Position numbers and translations under genes: made by a program. The notes beneath the pieces were generated by a model that worked only from the letters and a program-made list of their open reading frames with translations, was not told the DNA's origin and made no database searches. From Pseudomonadota bacterium (GTDB lineage Bacteria; Pseudomonadota; Alphaproteobacteria; Caulobacterales; Parvularculaceae), in assembly GCA_038531315.1 (NCBI GenBank), contig JBCBBT010000001.1, forward strand, positions 30,469-94,468: a stretch of DNA of 64,000 nt. Reading direction: 5' to 3'. Each line of letters begins with the position of its first letter. The stretch's first letter is position 1. Positions 33,216 to 44,083 of this stretch are shown piece by piece.

Positions 33216-34400
33216 ATGAGACCCCTGATTTTGGGCTTACTTTGCGGCGCAGTCGCTGGCGCGACCGCTACAGCGACTATCACGATGTGGCGCTCGGGCG
33301 ACGACACGCCCGGTCAGGCTGCGACCCAACAGGCCCGTCCGGGCGGCGCGGCTGCGGGGCGCCCAAATCCGGGACGGCGGGGCGGCGGACGCGGTTATGC
33401 GCCCGCTGTCGAAATGGCGACCGCCGAAGAAGCGGCCATCAAAAAAGTCATCTCCGTGATCGGCGAGGCCCGCGCGCTCCGCAGCGTCGCGATTACGTCC
33501 GAAGTCACCGGCCTTGTCGAACAGGTCGCCATTGTTTCCGGACAGAAAGTCAAACGGGGCGATGTTCTTGTTCAGGTGGAAAATGACGGCCCGACCATCG
33601 ATCTGAACCGGGCGCGCGCGCAATACCCTATCGCAAAAGCCAACGCCGCGCGTTTTAAAGAACTGGCCGCCGCCGACGCCGCCTCCGAACAAGAAGCCGA
33701 AACGGCATTCAACGCGCTCAAAACATTGGAGGCAGAACTTCAAGCCGCCGAATATGCGCTGGCGCAACGATCGATTGCGGCGCCGTTTGACGGCATCGCC
33801 GGCCTCACCGACATTGAGCCCGGCGATTACATTCGGGCCGGCGACATCGTCACGACGCTGGACGACACCTCATCGGTCGTTATTCAGTTCGCCGTGCCCC
33901 AGGAATTGGCGGCGTTCATCAACATCGGGCAATCCGTCAACGCGCGGCTGACCTCCGGCGGCGGCGTTAAGCTCGATGGATCCGTTACAGCACTCGACAG
34001 CCGGATCGACCCGCAATCGCGGACGCTGCGTGTGGAAGCGACGGTCAACAACCCCAATGGCGCACTCATTCCTGGCGCTGTTTTCAACATCGAGGCGACA
34101 AGCGACGGCGCTCCGGCGATTGCAGTCCCGGGGCTCGCTCTGCAATGGGATCGCTCGGGCGCTTATGTCTGGAAGCGCGGCGAGGATGGGGCCGCAGTGC
34201 GCGCCGGCGTTTCTATTCTCCAGCGCAACGACGACATCATACTTGTTGAAGGCGACATCGCTGTTGGCGATCTGATCGCCGCGGATGGCGCCGACCGCGT
34301 ACGCCGCGGCGTACCGCTGCCGGCCCCACAAACGCGTTCAAAACCGTCAGTGAACAGACAACGCTCCGGCGCCGCGGCTCCGGCCATTTTAGGCAACTGA
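33216..34400 (+). CDS. RND efflux periplasmic adaptor (membrane fusion protein)
   Basis: N-terminal anchor, lipoyl/hairpin/beta-barrel pattern (GDVLVQVEN, coiled-coil AELQAAEYALAQRSIAAPFDG), and translational coupling to the RND pump (its TGA is immediately followed by the pump GTG start). Confidence 0.88.
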   Translation: MRPLILGLLCGAVAGATATATITMWRSGDDTPGQAATQQARPGGAAAGRPNPGRRGGGRGYAPAVEMATAEEAAIKKVISVIGEARALRSVAITSEVTGLVEQVAIVSGQKVKRGDVLVQVENDGPTIDLNRARAQYPIAKANAARFKELAAADAASEQEAETAFNALKTLEAELQAAEYALAQRSIAAPFDGIAGLTDIEPGDYIRAGDIVTTLDDTSSVVIQFAVPQELAAFINIGQSVNARLTSGGGVKLDGSVTALDSRIDPQSRTLRVEATVNNPNGALIPGAVFNIEATSDGAPAIAVPGLALQWDRSGAYVWKRGEDGAAVRAGVSILQRNDDIILVEGDIAVGDLIAADGADRVRRGVPLPAPQTRSKPSVNRQRSGAAAPAILGN

Positions 34401-34401
34401 C

Positions 34402-37400
34402 GTGGCGCATAGCGATAAGTTCCCACACGCGTCTGAACACACGCCGCCGACAACCGCATCGGGAGACTTGAGCGGCGGCGTCATCGGCGTCTTTATTCGC
34501 AGGCCCATTCTAGCGGCTGTTGTCAGTATGCTCATCGTTCTCGCCGGGCTCGCCGCCATGACCGGGGTTGAGGTGCGCGAGCTTCCGGAAGTCGATCAAC
34601 CGGTCATCTCCGTTCGCACCACCTATCCGGGCGCCTCTCCGGAATCAATCGACGCTGAGTTGACATCGGTGCTTGAAAGCGCCGTGGCGCAAGTGAACGG
34701 CGTTGAAACGATCTCATCGACGTCATCGTTCGCCCAAAGCCGCATCACCATCGCCTTTTCCGGCTCGGTCGATATCGATATCGCCGCGACGGACGTAAAG
34801 AACGCAATTTCAGGGATTGGCCGCGATCTGCCCGAGGGCATCGAAGAGCCGGTCGTCAGAAAAGCCGATACGGACGCCTCGCCAATCATGCGGTTATCGG
34901 TTTCAGCCGCGGACATGGAGCCTGGCGCCCTCGCCGATCTCGTCGATGACGTCATCCTGCCCCGCTTGCAAGCGGTGGAAGGCGTCGCGCAAGCGGACGA
35001 TTACGGCGTTCGTAATCGCGTAATCCGTGTCCGTATTGTTCCGGCATCTCTGTCGGCGCGTAACTATACGGTCGCCGACGTTAATCGATTACTCGCAACC
35101 GCATCGCAAACCGCCCCGAGCGGGCGCATTCGCAACAGCACGCAGCAAATTCTGATTCAAACCGATGCACAGGCCGTGACGCCTGAGAAGATTGCCGACC
35201 TTCGGCTCGACGAAATGACCCGCCTGGCCGATGTCGCCATCGTCGAATGGGGCTTTGAAGACGAGACGACGACGGCGCGCGTTGACGGCAAACCGGGCAT
35301 CGGGATTGGTATTATCCGACAGGCGCAGTCAAATACGGTGGCGGTGTCGGCGGGCGTGCGCGAAGCGGTTGCCGAACTTCAGGCCAGTCTGCCGCCCGAG
35401 GTCGACATCGACGTCTCGGTTGACGATTCAATTTTTATCAATGCGGCGATCAGCGAAGTCTTCAAAAGCCTTCTGCTTGCCACATGCGTCGTGTTGCTGG
35501 TTATCCTGGTCTTTTTGCGCAGCCTCCGCGCAACGATCATTCCCGCGGTGACCATTCCGATATCGCTCCTCGGCACCGTAGCGGCGCTTTGGCTTGCGGG
35601 ATTTTCCATAAATCTGATCACGTTGCTTGCCCTTGTCATGGCGACGGGCCTTGTCGTCGACGACGCCATTGTCGTGACGGAAAATATACAACGCTGGCGT
35701 TTCAAAGGCGCCGGCAAACGGGCGGCTGCGGTCGTCGGCGCGCGTGAGATCATTTTTGCCGTGCTTTCAACAACCGTAACACTCGCCGCTGTCTTTATCC
35801 CAATATCATTTCTGCCGGGACAGGCGGGGCGGCTGTTTTCCGAGTTTGGCTTCGTTATGGCGTTCGCCGTCCTGGTGTCCTCGTTTGTTGCGTTGACTTT
35901 ATGTCCGGTACTGACGGTCCTTCTTGGCCGCGACGCCCGCAAAGGCGATCTCGCAGAAGACCGTCACCTGCCTGCACATAAACGCAAGGCCAGCGGCCCG
36001 TTGACGGCGTTTTACGGATCTGTATTGCGCTTTTGCCTGCGCGCGCCGCTGATCCCTATCGCCCTGTCGCTGGTGTTTGCGGCGGGCGCGCTCACCTTGT
36101 TGACCTCGGCGCCGCGCGAGCTCACGCCCGTCGAAGACCGCGGCCGCGTCTTCGCGATGGTCATCGGTCAGGACAGCGCGAGCTTTGATTATCTCGACCG
36201 CCGCGTTCTTGAAATGGAAGCGCGCATGGGCGCGTTTGTCGAGGACGGCGAAGCAACGAGCGTGATGTCAATCAACGGGATTGGCGGCGGCAACCGTTCT
36301 TTCGTAATCTTGCGTCTGCCGGACTGGGCCGAACGCGACAAGACACAGGCGGTATTTGAACGCGAAGTGCGCGCCATGATCAGTGATATCGCCGGCGCGA
36401 CAGCTTTTGTGCGCCGTGGGAACTCACTCGGAATTCGCGGCGCTGGCCAGGGTTTGCAATTTGCAATTGTCGGCGACGACTACGACGCCGCCGCTGAGGC
36501 GGCGGAAGCCTTGAGCGCGCGCTTGCGCGAGAGCGACACCTTCACCAACGTCCGCCTCAATTTCCAAATTTCCCAGCCCCAGGTGACGATAGAAATAGAT
36601 CGCGAGGCGGCGACGGCGCTGGGCGTTCCAATCCTCGATATCACCAGTGCGATCCAGACGCTTGCGGACGAGACGCGCGCGGCGCGCGTTTTTGTCGGCG
36701 ATAACGCGATCGATATATTGACGTCATCGGCCGGCCTTCCTGTCAATGATCCTACCGACCTTGAAAATATCTTTGTACGCACGGCTTCGGGGAATACAGT
36801 CCCGTTATCGTCAGTGGCGACGGTGCGCGAAGTGGCGGTCGCGGCGAGCTTGCCGCGCGAACAACGCCGCCGCGCCGTGCCGGTATCCGCCTCGCTTGCA
36901 GAAAGCGCCCGCCTCGGCGATGCGATCAGCGAGATGCGCGCCGCTTCTGAGGAGGTCTTATCAGGTTCATTATCGGTTGCGCTTCTTGGCGAGGCGCGCG
37001 TTCTTCAGGAATCAAACAACGCGACGCTGTTAGTGTTCGGTTTCGCAGCGCTTATTGTCTTTCTCGTGTTGGCCGCCCAATTCGAGAGCTTTATCAGCGC
37101 CTTGATCATTATGACGACCGTGCCGTTCGGCCTTGCGGCGGCGCTTTACGCCATCGTTTTAACCGGCGGGTCGATCAACTATTACAGCCAGATCGGGCTC
37201 GTCTTGCTGATCGGCATCATGGCCAAAAACGGCATCCTGATTGTTGAGTTCGCCAACAAACTTCGCGACGAAGGCGAAAGCGTCGCCGAAGCGATTGAAC
37301 ATGCGGCGATGACGCGATTGCGCCCGGTGCTGATGACCGCAATTTCAACATTGCTTGGCGGCTTGCCGCTCATTCTCGGCAGCGGGGCCGGCGCTGAATC

Positions 37401-37569
37401 GCGCGCCGCCCTCGGGTGGGTTATTGTCGGCGGGCTCGGCTTCGCCACCGTCTTTACGCTCTTCCTTACGCCGGTTGCATTCAGGCTGCTTGCAGGATTA
37501 GCACGCCCCCGCGGCAGCGAAGGCGCGAAGGTTGCGGAGGAATTAAAAGAGCTGGAAGCCGCCTATTAG
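34402..37569 (+). CDS. RND family inner-membrane efflux transporter (AcrB/Mdt-like)
   Basis: 1055 aa with a 12-TM, two-large-loop architecture and typical motifs (FIRRPILA, GLVVDDAIVVTENI, AKNGILIVEFAN). GTG start. Confidence 0.92.
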   Translation: MAHSDKFPHASEHTPPTTASGDLSGGVIGVFIRRPILAAVVSMLIVLAGLAAMTGVEVRELPEVDQPVISVRTTYPGASPESIDAELTSVLESAVAQVNGVETISSTSSFAQSRITIAFSGSVDIDIAATDVKNAISGIGRDLPEGIEEPVVRKADTDASPIMRLSVSAADMEPGALADLVDDVILPRLQAVEGVAQADDYGVRNRVIRVRIVPASLSARNYTVADVNRLLATASQTAPSGRIRNSTQQILIQTDAQAVTPEKIADLRLDEMTRLADVAIVEWGFEDETTTARVDGKPGIGIGIIRQAQSNTVAVSAGVREAVAELQASLPPEVDIDVSVDDSIFINAAISEVFKSLLLATCVVLLVILVFLRSLRATIIPAVTIPISLLGTVAALWLAGFSINLITLLALVMATGLVVDDAIVVTENIQRWRFKGAGKRAAAVVGAREIIFAVLSTTVTLAAVFIPISFLPGQAGRLFSEFGFVMAFAVLVSSFVALTLCPVLTVLLGRDARKGDLAEDRHLPAHKRKASGPLTAFYGSVLRFCLRAPLIPIALSLVFAAGALTLLTSAPRELTPVEDRGRVFAMVIGQDSASFDYLDRRVLEMEARMGAFVEDGEATSVMSINGIGGGNRSFVILRLPDWAERDKTQAVFEREVRAMISDIAGATAFVRRGNSLGIRGAGQGLQFAIVGDDYDAAAEAAEALSARLRESDTFTNVRLNFQISQPQVTIEIDREAATALGVPILDITSAIQTLADETRAARVFVGDNAIDILTSSAGLPVNDPTDLENIFVRTASGNTVPLSSVATVREVAVAASLPREQRRRAVPVSASLAESARLGDAISEMRAASEEVLSGSLSVALLGEARVLQESNNATLLVFGFAALIVFLVLAAQFESFISALIIMTTVPFGLAAALYAIVLTGGSINYYSQIGLVLLIGIMAKNGILIVEFANKLRDEGESVAEAIEHAAMTRLRPVLMTAISTLLGGLPLILGSGAGAESRAALGWVIVGGLGFATVFTLFLTPVAFRLLAGLARPRGSEGAKVAEELKELEAAY

Positions 37570-37787
37570 GCGTCGGCGTCGCGCTTGACAAACGTGACGG
37601 CGAACAGCGGCTCACCGTCAAAGATATCCTTAGGTTGCTCAACACCTTCAATCATCTTGAAGGTCCGCGGCGTGATAGAGCCTTCCATCCGGTAGCCCTT
37701 TTCCGCCATGTTGCCGCGGTGAAATTCAAGGGCGGCAGCGGTGAATTCGCGGGCCAGTATCGTGATGCGCTCGGGATCGTTCGCCAT
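37566..37787 (-). CDS. Small hypothetical protein (73 aa)
   Basis: Balanced, non-repetitive composition in an otherwise unassigned slot. No family recognised. Confidence 0.45.
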   Translation of the reverse strand: MANDPERITILAREFTAAALEFHRGNMAEKGYRMEGSITPRTFKMIEGVEQPKDIFDGEPLFAVTFVKRDADA

Positions 37788-37902
37788 TGGTCAACCTCTA
37801 TAAACCGTGATTTGCGTTTTGGTGCAGATTAGGCCGCAATATGGCGGCGCATGCGTGACTTGTCCATCGCGACATTAAGGTATGATCGCACGGGAGACGC
37901 CA

Positions 37903-38940
37903 ATGAAAATTCGGAACGTTTTGGCGATAGACGGCGGCGGCGTTCGCGGCATTGTCGCCGCAGTGTTGCTCGACGCCCTTGACGGCGAGCGGCGCGCCCT
38001 TGGCGCGCAGCGGCCGCTATCGGATTGTTTCGATCTTCTTGCGGGCACATCGACCGGTGCGATCATCGCCGGCGGCCTCGTTGCGCCCGATAAGACGGGC
38101 GAAGGCCCGCGCGCGACGCCTGCGGTGCTGCGCGATTTGTATCGAAGTGAATCAGCGAACATCTTCCCGCGGCGGTTTTGGTGTCGCTTGCCGGTTATCG
38201 GACGGCTAAGGCAGTTTTTTGGTCCGCTCTATCGTCCTGACGCGCTGATCCGAATTCTTACCAATCTGTTGGGGGACGCATCTTTTTCGGATTTGCGCCG
38301 GAACCTGATTATTTCAAGCTATGCAATCGACCCGCGCGGCGCCGCATTCTTTCGCGGCGGCCCTGACTATGCCGGCAAAACGCTGCCCCAAGGCGTGACG
38401 CCGCCGGCGCTGGGCGTTTCTCTCGTTGACGCCATCGTCGGCTCGGCCGCTGCGCCGACCTTTTTCCCGCCGCATCAAATACGCGACCGAAATACGGGGG
38501 ACATTTCTACGGTGATTGACGGCGGTGTCTTTCTAAACGATCCCGCGCTCCTCGCGCTGGCGGAAGCGGTAATGTTGTTTCCCGACGACGACATCCGCGT
38601 GATTTCGGTGGGCACGGGCAGGCTGACCAACCCCTACCCCTTCAATCGCGCCAGAAGCTGGGGGTTTTTCGAATGGCTGTCGCCGGTCGGCGAATTCCGC
38701 ACACCACTGATCTCGGCCATTTCCGATGGCCAAGCGCGCGCCGTTAATGCGCAGATGAAGAAACTTTTGGGCGCGTCACACTATCATCGCTTCGACTATG
38801 ATTTATCGCTCGGATACGGCTCGCCCAATCTTGACGATGCGTCTCGGACCAATATGAAACGGCTTGAAGAGGGCGCGCTCAAAATGGCCGAGAAAATGCG
38901 CCCCCAAATACGAGAAGTGGCGAAGCTTCTCGATCCCTAA
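37903..38940 (+). CDS. Patatin-like phospholipase
   Basis: Oxyanion motif IDGGGVRG, nucleophile elbow GTSTGAIIA, and catalytic Asp motif DGGVFLNDP. Start placed at MKIRNVLAIDGGG. Confidence 0.88.
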   Translation: MKIRNVLAIDGGGVRGIVAAVLLDALDGERRALGAQRPLSDCFDLLAGTSTGAIIAGGLVAPDKTGEGPRATPAVLRDLYRSESANIFPRRFWCRLPVIGRLRQFFGPLYRPDALIRILTNLLGDASFSDLRRNLIISSYAIDPRGAAFFRGGPDYAGKTLPQGVTPPALGVSLVDAIVGSAAAPTFFPPHQIRDRNTGDISTVIDGGVFLNDPALLALAEAVMLFPDDDIRVISVGTGRLTNPYPFNRARSWGFFEWLSPVGEFRTPLISAISDGQARAVNAQMKKLLGASHYHRFDYDLSLGYGSPNLDDASRTNMKRLEEGALKMAEKMRPQIREVAKLLDP

Positions 38941-39055
38941 TCTGTCAGCGCTATTGGTTATGTTGCTTACGCACGTCGCTCACGAATGGCGCCGGCGTTT
39001 ATTGTAGAAAGAACACCGGCGCAAATGTCTGCGAAGCGATTGGGTTGTTTGGAAT

Positions 39056-40093
39056 TTAAACCGAAGCGGTTTCGCGTTTTTCCATCAGCGTATCGAAGTT
39101 CGCCCAGACGCCGTCCGAGCCATGCCACTCGCCGCGCGTCGCAGCTTTTGAATACTCCGTTGCGCGCGCCTCAAAGAAATTCGCATGCTCGACGCCGTTG
39201 AGAATTTCGGTGAGCCAAGGCAGCGGGTGTTTCTCAGCGCCGTAGATTTTTGGCAAGTCGAGTTGGCCCAACCGCCAGTCCGCAATGTAACGAATATAGG
39301 CTTTTATATCGTCTGCCGTCATACCTTCCACCGGTCCCATCTCAAAGGCGAGATCGATGAACTTGTCTTCCAGACCGACAACCGTGCGACAGCAATCAAT
39401 GATGTCGTCAGCAACGCTTTTCGTCACGCAGCCGGTTTCTTTGGCGAAGGCGTGATAGAGTTTGACCATGCCCTCGCAATGGAGACTTTCATCGCGGATC
39501 GACCAGGTGACAATCTGGCCCATGCCCTTCATTTTGTTGAGGCGCGGAAAATTCATCAACATGGCAAATGATGCAAAGAGTTGAAGCCCTTCGGTAAAGG
39601 CCCCGAACATCGCAAGCGTGCGCGCAATATCCGCTTCGTTATCGACGCCGAATTGCTGCATGTAATTATGCTTGTCCGCCATTTCCTCATATTCAAGAAA
39701 CGCGGAGAATTCTGATTCCGGCATGCCGATCGTCTCAAGCAGCAATGCGTAGGCTGCGATGTGGATCGTCTCGATATTTGAAAACGCCGACAGCATCATT
39801 TTTACTTCAGTCGGCTTAAATACCCGCGCGTAGCGCTCCATGTAATTGTCGTTCACCTCGACGTCGGACTGAGTAAAAAAGCGGAAGATTTGCGTCAGCA
39901 AATTCCGCTCCGCATCAGTGAGCTTGTTGGCCCAATCCTTACAGTCTTCACCCAGCGGCACCTCTTCCGGCATCCAGTGCACCTGCTGCTGGCGCTTCCA
40001 GAAATCGTAGGCCCACGGATAGCGAAACGGCTTGTAGGAATGCGACGATGTTAAAAGGCCCGGACGGGCGGCGGTTTCGAGCGTATCCAGCAT
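39056..40093 (-). CDS. nrdB: Class I ribonucleotide reductase small (beta) subunit
   Basis: Ferritin-like di-iron protein with FRFFTQSDVEVNDNY, NIETIHIAAY and IRDESLHCEG. No nrdA is adjacent. Confidence 0.9.
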   Translation of the reverse strand: MLDTLETAARPGLLTSSHSYKPFRYPWAYDFWKRQQQVHWMPEEVPLGEDCKDWANKLTDAERNLLTQIFRFFTQSDVEVNDNYMERYARVFKPTEVKMMLSAFSNIETIHIAAYALLLETIGMPESEFSAFLEYEEMADKHNYMQQFGVDNEADIARTLAMFGAFTEGLQLFASFAMLMNFPRLNKMKGMGQIVTWSIRDESLHCEGMVKLYHAFAKETGCVTKSVADDIIDCCRTVVGLEDKFIDLAFEMGPVEGMTADDIKAYIRYIADWRLGQLDLPKIYGAEKHPLPWLTEILNGVEHANFFEARATEYSKAATRGEWHGSDGVWANFDTLMEKRETASV

Positions 40094-40337
40094 TTTGAGG
40101 TCCGTTTTTCAGTTTTTTGGGCATTTGGATGACAGGAAATACATACTACATGTGGTATCCCACCGCCGCAAGCTATCTACGGGTAGTTATTTCCACAAGT
40201 GGGCTGGTTTGTCGCGATGCGCCGGCGGCCCGGCGCTTGCACCGAACGCGGCGATTATCGCCTTGCGTTCCGGACCGAGCGATTGGATGAAAGCGCAGCA
40301 ACATCCGACCGCCGCAACGGCATAGCGATTTCCCGAG

Positions 40338-41720
40338 ATGAAGGCCGTGCCAATGGGCGAGAGACCGCCAGAAACAACGCCCTCACTGAAGCGGCGCGCG
40401 TTTTTCGGCAGCGCCACCACACTTGCGGGCTTTAGCGTGACCCAGGCGATCAGGCTCGCCAGCAATCTCATCATGACGCGTCTGCTTGCGCCGGAGGCGT
40501 TTGGCCTCATGGCGATCGCTGTCGCCGTCAATATGTGGATATCGATGCTCACCGATTTCGGCGTAAAGGCCAGCATCATCCGCAGCAATAACGCCAACGA
40601 TCCGGCATTTCTCGCAACCGCGTGGATGACGCAAGTCGTGCGCGGCGCCGTCATCGCCCTTGGCATCGTCGCGATCGCGGGGGTGCTGTGGTTATTTCAA
40701 AAAGATGGCGCGCTGCCTCCTGACAAAATCTACAGCGATCCGCGCCTAATCGTATTCCTCCTCGGCATTGCATTTTCCGTTTTTCTGACGGGGTTGCGGT
40801 CCATCAAAGCGACGCTCGCCGAGCGTGACATGAAACTGCAGCGCGTCGTCGCTTTGGAAATCAGCGGACAGCTGGTTGCGATATTTGTTTCGATCGCATT
40901 CGCCGCACGCGGCGCCGGGGCCTACTCGTTGATCTACGGGATCGTCGCCGCAGCGCCATTTATTGCGATTGGATCTTTTGTCGCGTTTTCAGGACCGAAG
41001 TCGCGGCTCGGATTTCACAAAACTTATTTTCTGGAGATCTTCAACTACGGAAAGTGGTTGTTGTTGGCGTCTTTGTTTGGGTTCGTGATCAATCGCGGCA
41101 ACCAGGTAATTTTTGGCGCCTTAATGACCAAGCTGGCGTTCAGTTTTCTGGCGATCGCCACAATCTGGATCAACGCCGCCGAAGCGGTGGTGACGACGGT
41201 AATGCAACGCATCGCCTATCCTGCATTTTCAGAAATTCATCGCACGCGCCCTGCCAATATTGAAAAGGCCTATCGATCTTTCCGACTGCTCGCAGATATC
41301 GCTTGCGTTGCAATCTTCGTCAGTATCGTGCTTTTTGCCGACGCCGCCCTCGCGATCCTGTATACGGAAGACTACGCGACCAATATTGCACCGTTCATGA
41401 AGTTGCTCTCGGTGACGATCCTGTTTCTGCCGTATAATTTGTTGAATACAGTGATGCTGGCGGCCGGCGACAGCAAACGCTTTACGACGGTTGTTTTCGC
41501 GCCGGCGATCGCGCTGATCGCGCTGACGCCGCCGGTCTTTGGACAATTTGGTGAAACCGCAGCCATTCTTTTCGCCGCCGGCATTAGGGCGCTATCCTTG
41601 CCGCTAATGTGGCGCTACGCCAATCGCGTGATGCGGGTTGATTACCGGCGCGAACTAATCCCACTGATAATCGCCTTCGGATTTATCTTCGCGGCCCTAG
41701 CTACTGACACAATAGTTTAG
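40338..41720 (+). CDS. Polysaccharide/oligosaccharide flippase (Wzx, MOP superfamily)
   Basis: 460 aa with about 12-14 TM segments. The N-terminal FSVTQAIRLASNLIMTRLLAPEAFG pattern is typical of Wzx/RfbX-type exporters. Confidence 0.72.
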   Translation: MKAVPMGERPPETTPSLKRRAFFGSATTLAGFSVTQAIRLASNLIMTRLLAPEAFGLMAIAVAVNMWISMLTDFGVKASIIRSNNANDPAFLATAWMTQVVRGAVIALGIVAIAGVLWLFQKDGALPPDKIYSDPRLIVFLLGIAFSVFLTGLRSIKATLAERDMKLQRVVALEISGQLVAIFVSIAFAARGAGAYSLIYGIVAAAPFIAIGSFVAFSGPKSRLGFHKTYFLEIFNYGKWLLLASLFGFVINRGNQVIFGALMTKLAFSFLAIATIWINAAEAVVTTVMQRIAYPAFSEIHRTRPANIEKAYRSFRLLADIACVAIFVSIVLFADAALAILYTEDYATNIAPFMKLLSVTILFLPYNLLNTVMLAAGDSKRFTTVVFAPAIALIALTPPVFGQFGETAAILFAAGIRALSLPLMWRYANRVMRVDYRRELIPLIIAFGFIFAALATDTIV

Positions 41721-41736
41721 GAATGCCGCGCGGCGA

Positions 41737-43773
41737 TTATCGACCGCCGACAACACGCCGCTCGACTTCCTGCTTCAGGGGGGTTTCCTCATTCCACATA
41801 TGCTCCATCCAAGGAGGGCGCGGCTTTGAGGGGTCAAAGGCGTAAATTCTGCCGAAGTCGGAATTGATCGTACCGGGGAAACGCGCGGCAATCGCGCTAT
41901 CGACGCTGGCCCTAATCCGGGCTGCCTGCGGCGACGTGCGGAACTCATTGTAAAAATCGAGCGCGGCCTTATTGCTGTTAAGCGCGGGTTCCAAGGTGTC
42001 GTGATCGCCGCCCTCGTAATCGCCCAAATAGCGAACGCCCCGATCGCGCGCGATCTGTCGATGCTCGCTCTTCTGTTTGAGCATCCAGGCGCGGTTATAA
42101 GGGATCGGCTGTTCATTCAGGATCCAGCGCTCAATCCGGTTCCTCAGCGCTTCGGGATCTTCTTCAAGATCAGCAAGAAACCGACGCATCCATGTCTCCC
42201 GCGTTGGCGCGTTATACATATTGCCGTTGCGATTCCACTTGAAACCACCGCCAAAGTAGCTGGTCGTCGCCAGTCCGAACCGTTGAAGCTGCTGCGCCGA
42301 CGGCCCGCCGCCCCGCTCGGTTTGGTAATAGTTTTCGACACCGTCGATAATCCGCCGGGTTGGCCCGGCGACTGCCGTTTGCACGCCGAGCACCAGCGTC
42401 CATTCCTGGTCGCGTCCCGCTCGCGTTAACGCATCTTCGAAAGCATGCGCCAGTCGGGCGGACAAGAAGCCATAGGCGTAACGCGCGTTGACTTCACGAC
42501 CGCGCCCTTCTCGCAAGGCGTCAGACATGCCGAAAAAGAAACTCGCCGTTTTTGCAAAGCCCGGCGCGTAGTTCCAGATCTCATTTGCGAGTTCGAGATA
42601 CAACATCCGGTCTGCCGGATAATCCTGTTCGATCAATGACTGAACGAGCGCATCCGCATACCGATCAAGTTCGTTACTCGCAAAGATGTCACCGGCATGC
42701 TGCGCAACGCGTTCTCGCAAAACCCCGCGCCTGCCGCCGCCAGCTTGCGGTACGGTTATCTCGCGGAAGTAATCCTCCTGATCAAAAACATCGGGAGCGC
42801 CAAGCATGTGCGGCACATTGAGCCACAGCGCAGCCCCCGTTTCAGTCGCCAGCTTTACATTCGCAGACAAGGGCAGCCCGCGCGCAAAATCAGTTGGATA
42901 AAACTCAGACGGATGAAACCCAAAGCTAACATCATCAATTTTCGCAATTTGATCGACGTTTCGCACCCACGAGTTATTGGCGCCGTTCATGTCCATCGTG
43001 CGCACAATGTCGTATTTGGAAACCAGATCGCGAAAGCGCGTTGAAAAAATCGCTCCATTTTTCAAAGCTGCTTCATCCTCAGCTCTGAAAACTCTCACGT
43101 TGCGGACGCCTGCTTTTCCAATGCGCGTTATCTGGACGAGCGTCCACCGCGCGCGGTCGGGTGAGAAAGTAAGTTCGATACGATTTTTACCGACGCGGCG
43201 CACAGAACTTGGCTCGCCCAACCGAAATGCCAGATCGCCGTCACCTTCCCAGGTCGCCACATAGCGGCCGCTATAATATTCCGGATACCTCGCCGCCTGC
43301 CCCCGGATGAAGCCAAGTTCAATTGGCTTTCGGTTTGGCAGCGACAGCCACGTTTTCGTGTTCGGATCAAAATGACCCTGTTCGATCATTTCAGCGAGCC
43401 TGATCGGCTGGCCGCCTTGCGTGCGCCCGGCGACATTACCGTAAGAGTTCACCGCCAACAGATTGATCAGGTGGTCTTCAGCTGATCCATGACCCATCCG
43501 GCTTGGACCGTACTGGTCCTGCAAGGACGCGCTTCGCGGCGAAGATGCGGGCTGAGCAGGCGACTGGGACGCCGTATTAGCGACCGGGGCTTCAGTTTGC
43601 GGCGAAAAACCGGCGCTTTCGACGGCTTCAACGCAACCGGGCGAAGCAAAAACTCCGCATAGCGCCAAAACAGCTGGCTTTAAAAACACTCTTATGGAAA
43701 GTCTTTGTTTCTTCACGGTGCGGCTTCTCGTTGTTCTAGCGTCTAGTTGTTTTTGCATCCGGCCGTCGCTCAC
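41737..43773 (-). CDS. Secreted hypothetical protein, possibly a clan GH-A-like glycoside hydrolase
   Basis: N-terminal signal-like segment (AVLALCGVFASPGCVEA). It has LELANEIWNY (an Asn-Glu acid/base-like motif) and a later DYEGGDH. This is a weak, motif-only inference. Confidence 0.5.
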   Translation of the reverse strand: MSDGRMQKQLDARTTRSRTVKKQRLSIRVFLKPAVLALCGVFASPGCVEAVESAGFSPQTEAPVANTASQSPAQPASSPRSASLQDQYGPSRMGHGSAEDHLINLLAVNSYGNVAGRTQGGQPIRLAEMIEQGHFDPNTKTWLSLPNRKPIELGFIRGQAARYPEYYSGRYVATWEGDGDLAFRLGEPSSVRRVGKNRIELTFSPDRARWTLVQITRIGKAGVRNVRVFRAEDEAALKNGAIFSTRFRDLVSKYDIVRTMDMNGANNSWVRNVDQIAKIDDVSFGFHPSEFYPTDFARGLPLSANVKLATETGAALWLNVPHMLGAPDVFDQEDYFREITVPQAGGGRRGVLRERVAQHAGDIFASNELDRYADALVQSLIEQDYPADRMLYLELANEIWNYAPGFAKTASFFFGMSDALREGRGREVNARYAYGFLSARLAHAFEDALTRAGRDQEWTLVLGVQTAVAGPTRRIIDGVENYYQTERGGGPSAQQLQRFGLATTSYFGGGFKWNRNGNMYNAPTRETWMRRFLADLEEDPEALRNRIERWILNEQPIPYNRAWMLKQKSEHRQIARDRGVRYLGDYEGGDHDTLEPALNSNKAALDFYNEFRTSPQAARIRASVDSAIAARFPGTINSDFGRIYAFDPSKPRPPWMEHMWNEETPLKQEVERRVVGGR

Positions 43774-44083
43774 TGCGGCGCCAGCATAAGCGCGGTTTCA
43801 AATGGAGATTGAGGAATTTCCTTCGTTGAGACGTTACCGTCTTTCACAGCCTCGCGCCATCCGGGACTTAACGCTTTTTGTCCGAACGTTGAGTTGCGCA
43901 AGCAATGATAAGCGCGCTTTTCACATTATGGCGCACGCCTTTATCGGTCAAATGGTCAGGCAAACGGCTTGCGCAAATGTCATGATGGCTCATCGTCACC
44001 GTTAAAACACCGTAAGAGGAGCAATTGTCAGGTTATTGACCCCTCGACCACCCGAAATGTGGGCGCGTCCCAAACCGAGCGCT

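Noticed and set aside
37566-38940. Patatin-like phospholipase plus an adjacent 73-aa ORF, considered as a CBASS-like or other defence module.
   Set aside because: There is no cyclase/nucleotidyltransferase, sensor or other defence partner. The two genes are divergent, and the patatin protein alone is a common housekeeping or accessory lipase.
39056-40093. nrdB without an adjacent nrdA, considered as a possible anomaly or mobile remnant.
   Set aside because: The gene is full length with intact di-iron ligand motifs. As far as I recall, nrdA and nrdB lie at separate loci in several alphaproteobacteria. An imperfect palindrome ACTACATGTGGT upstream did not match the NrdR box well enough to call.
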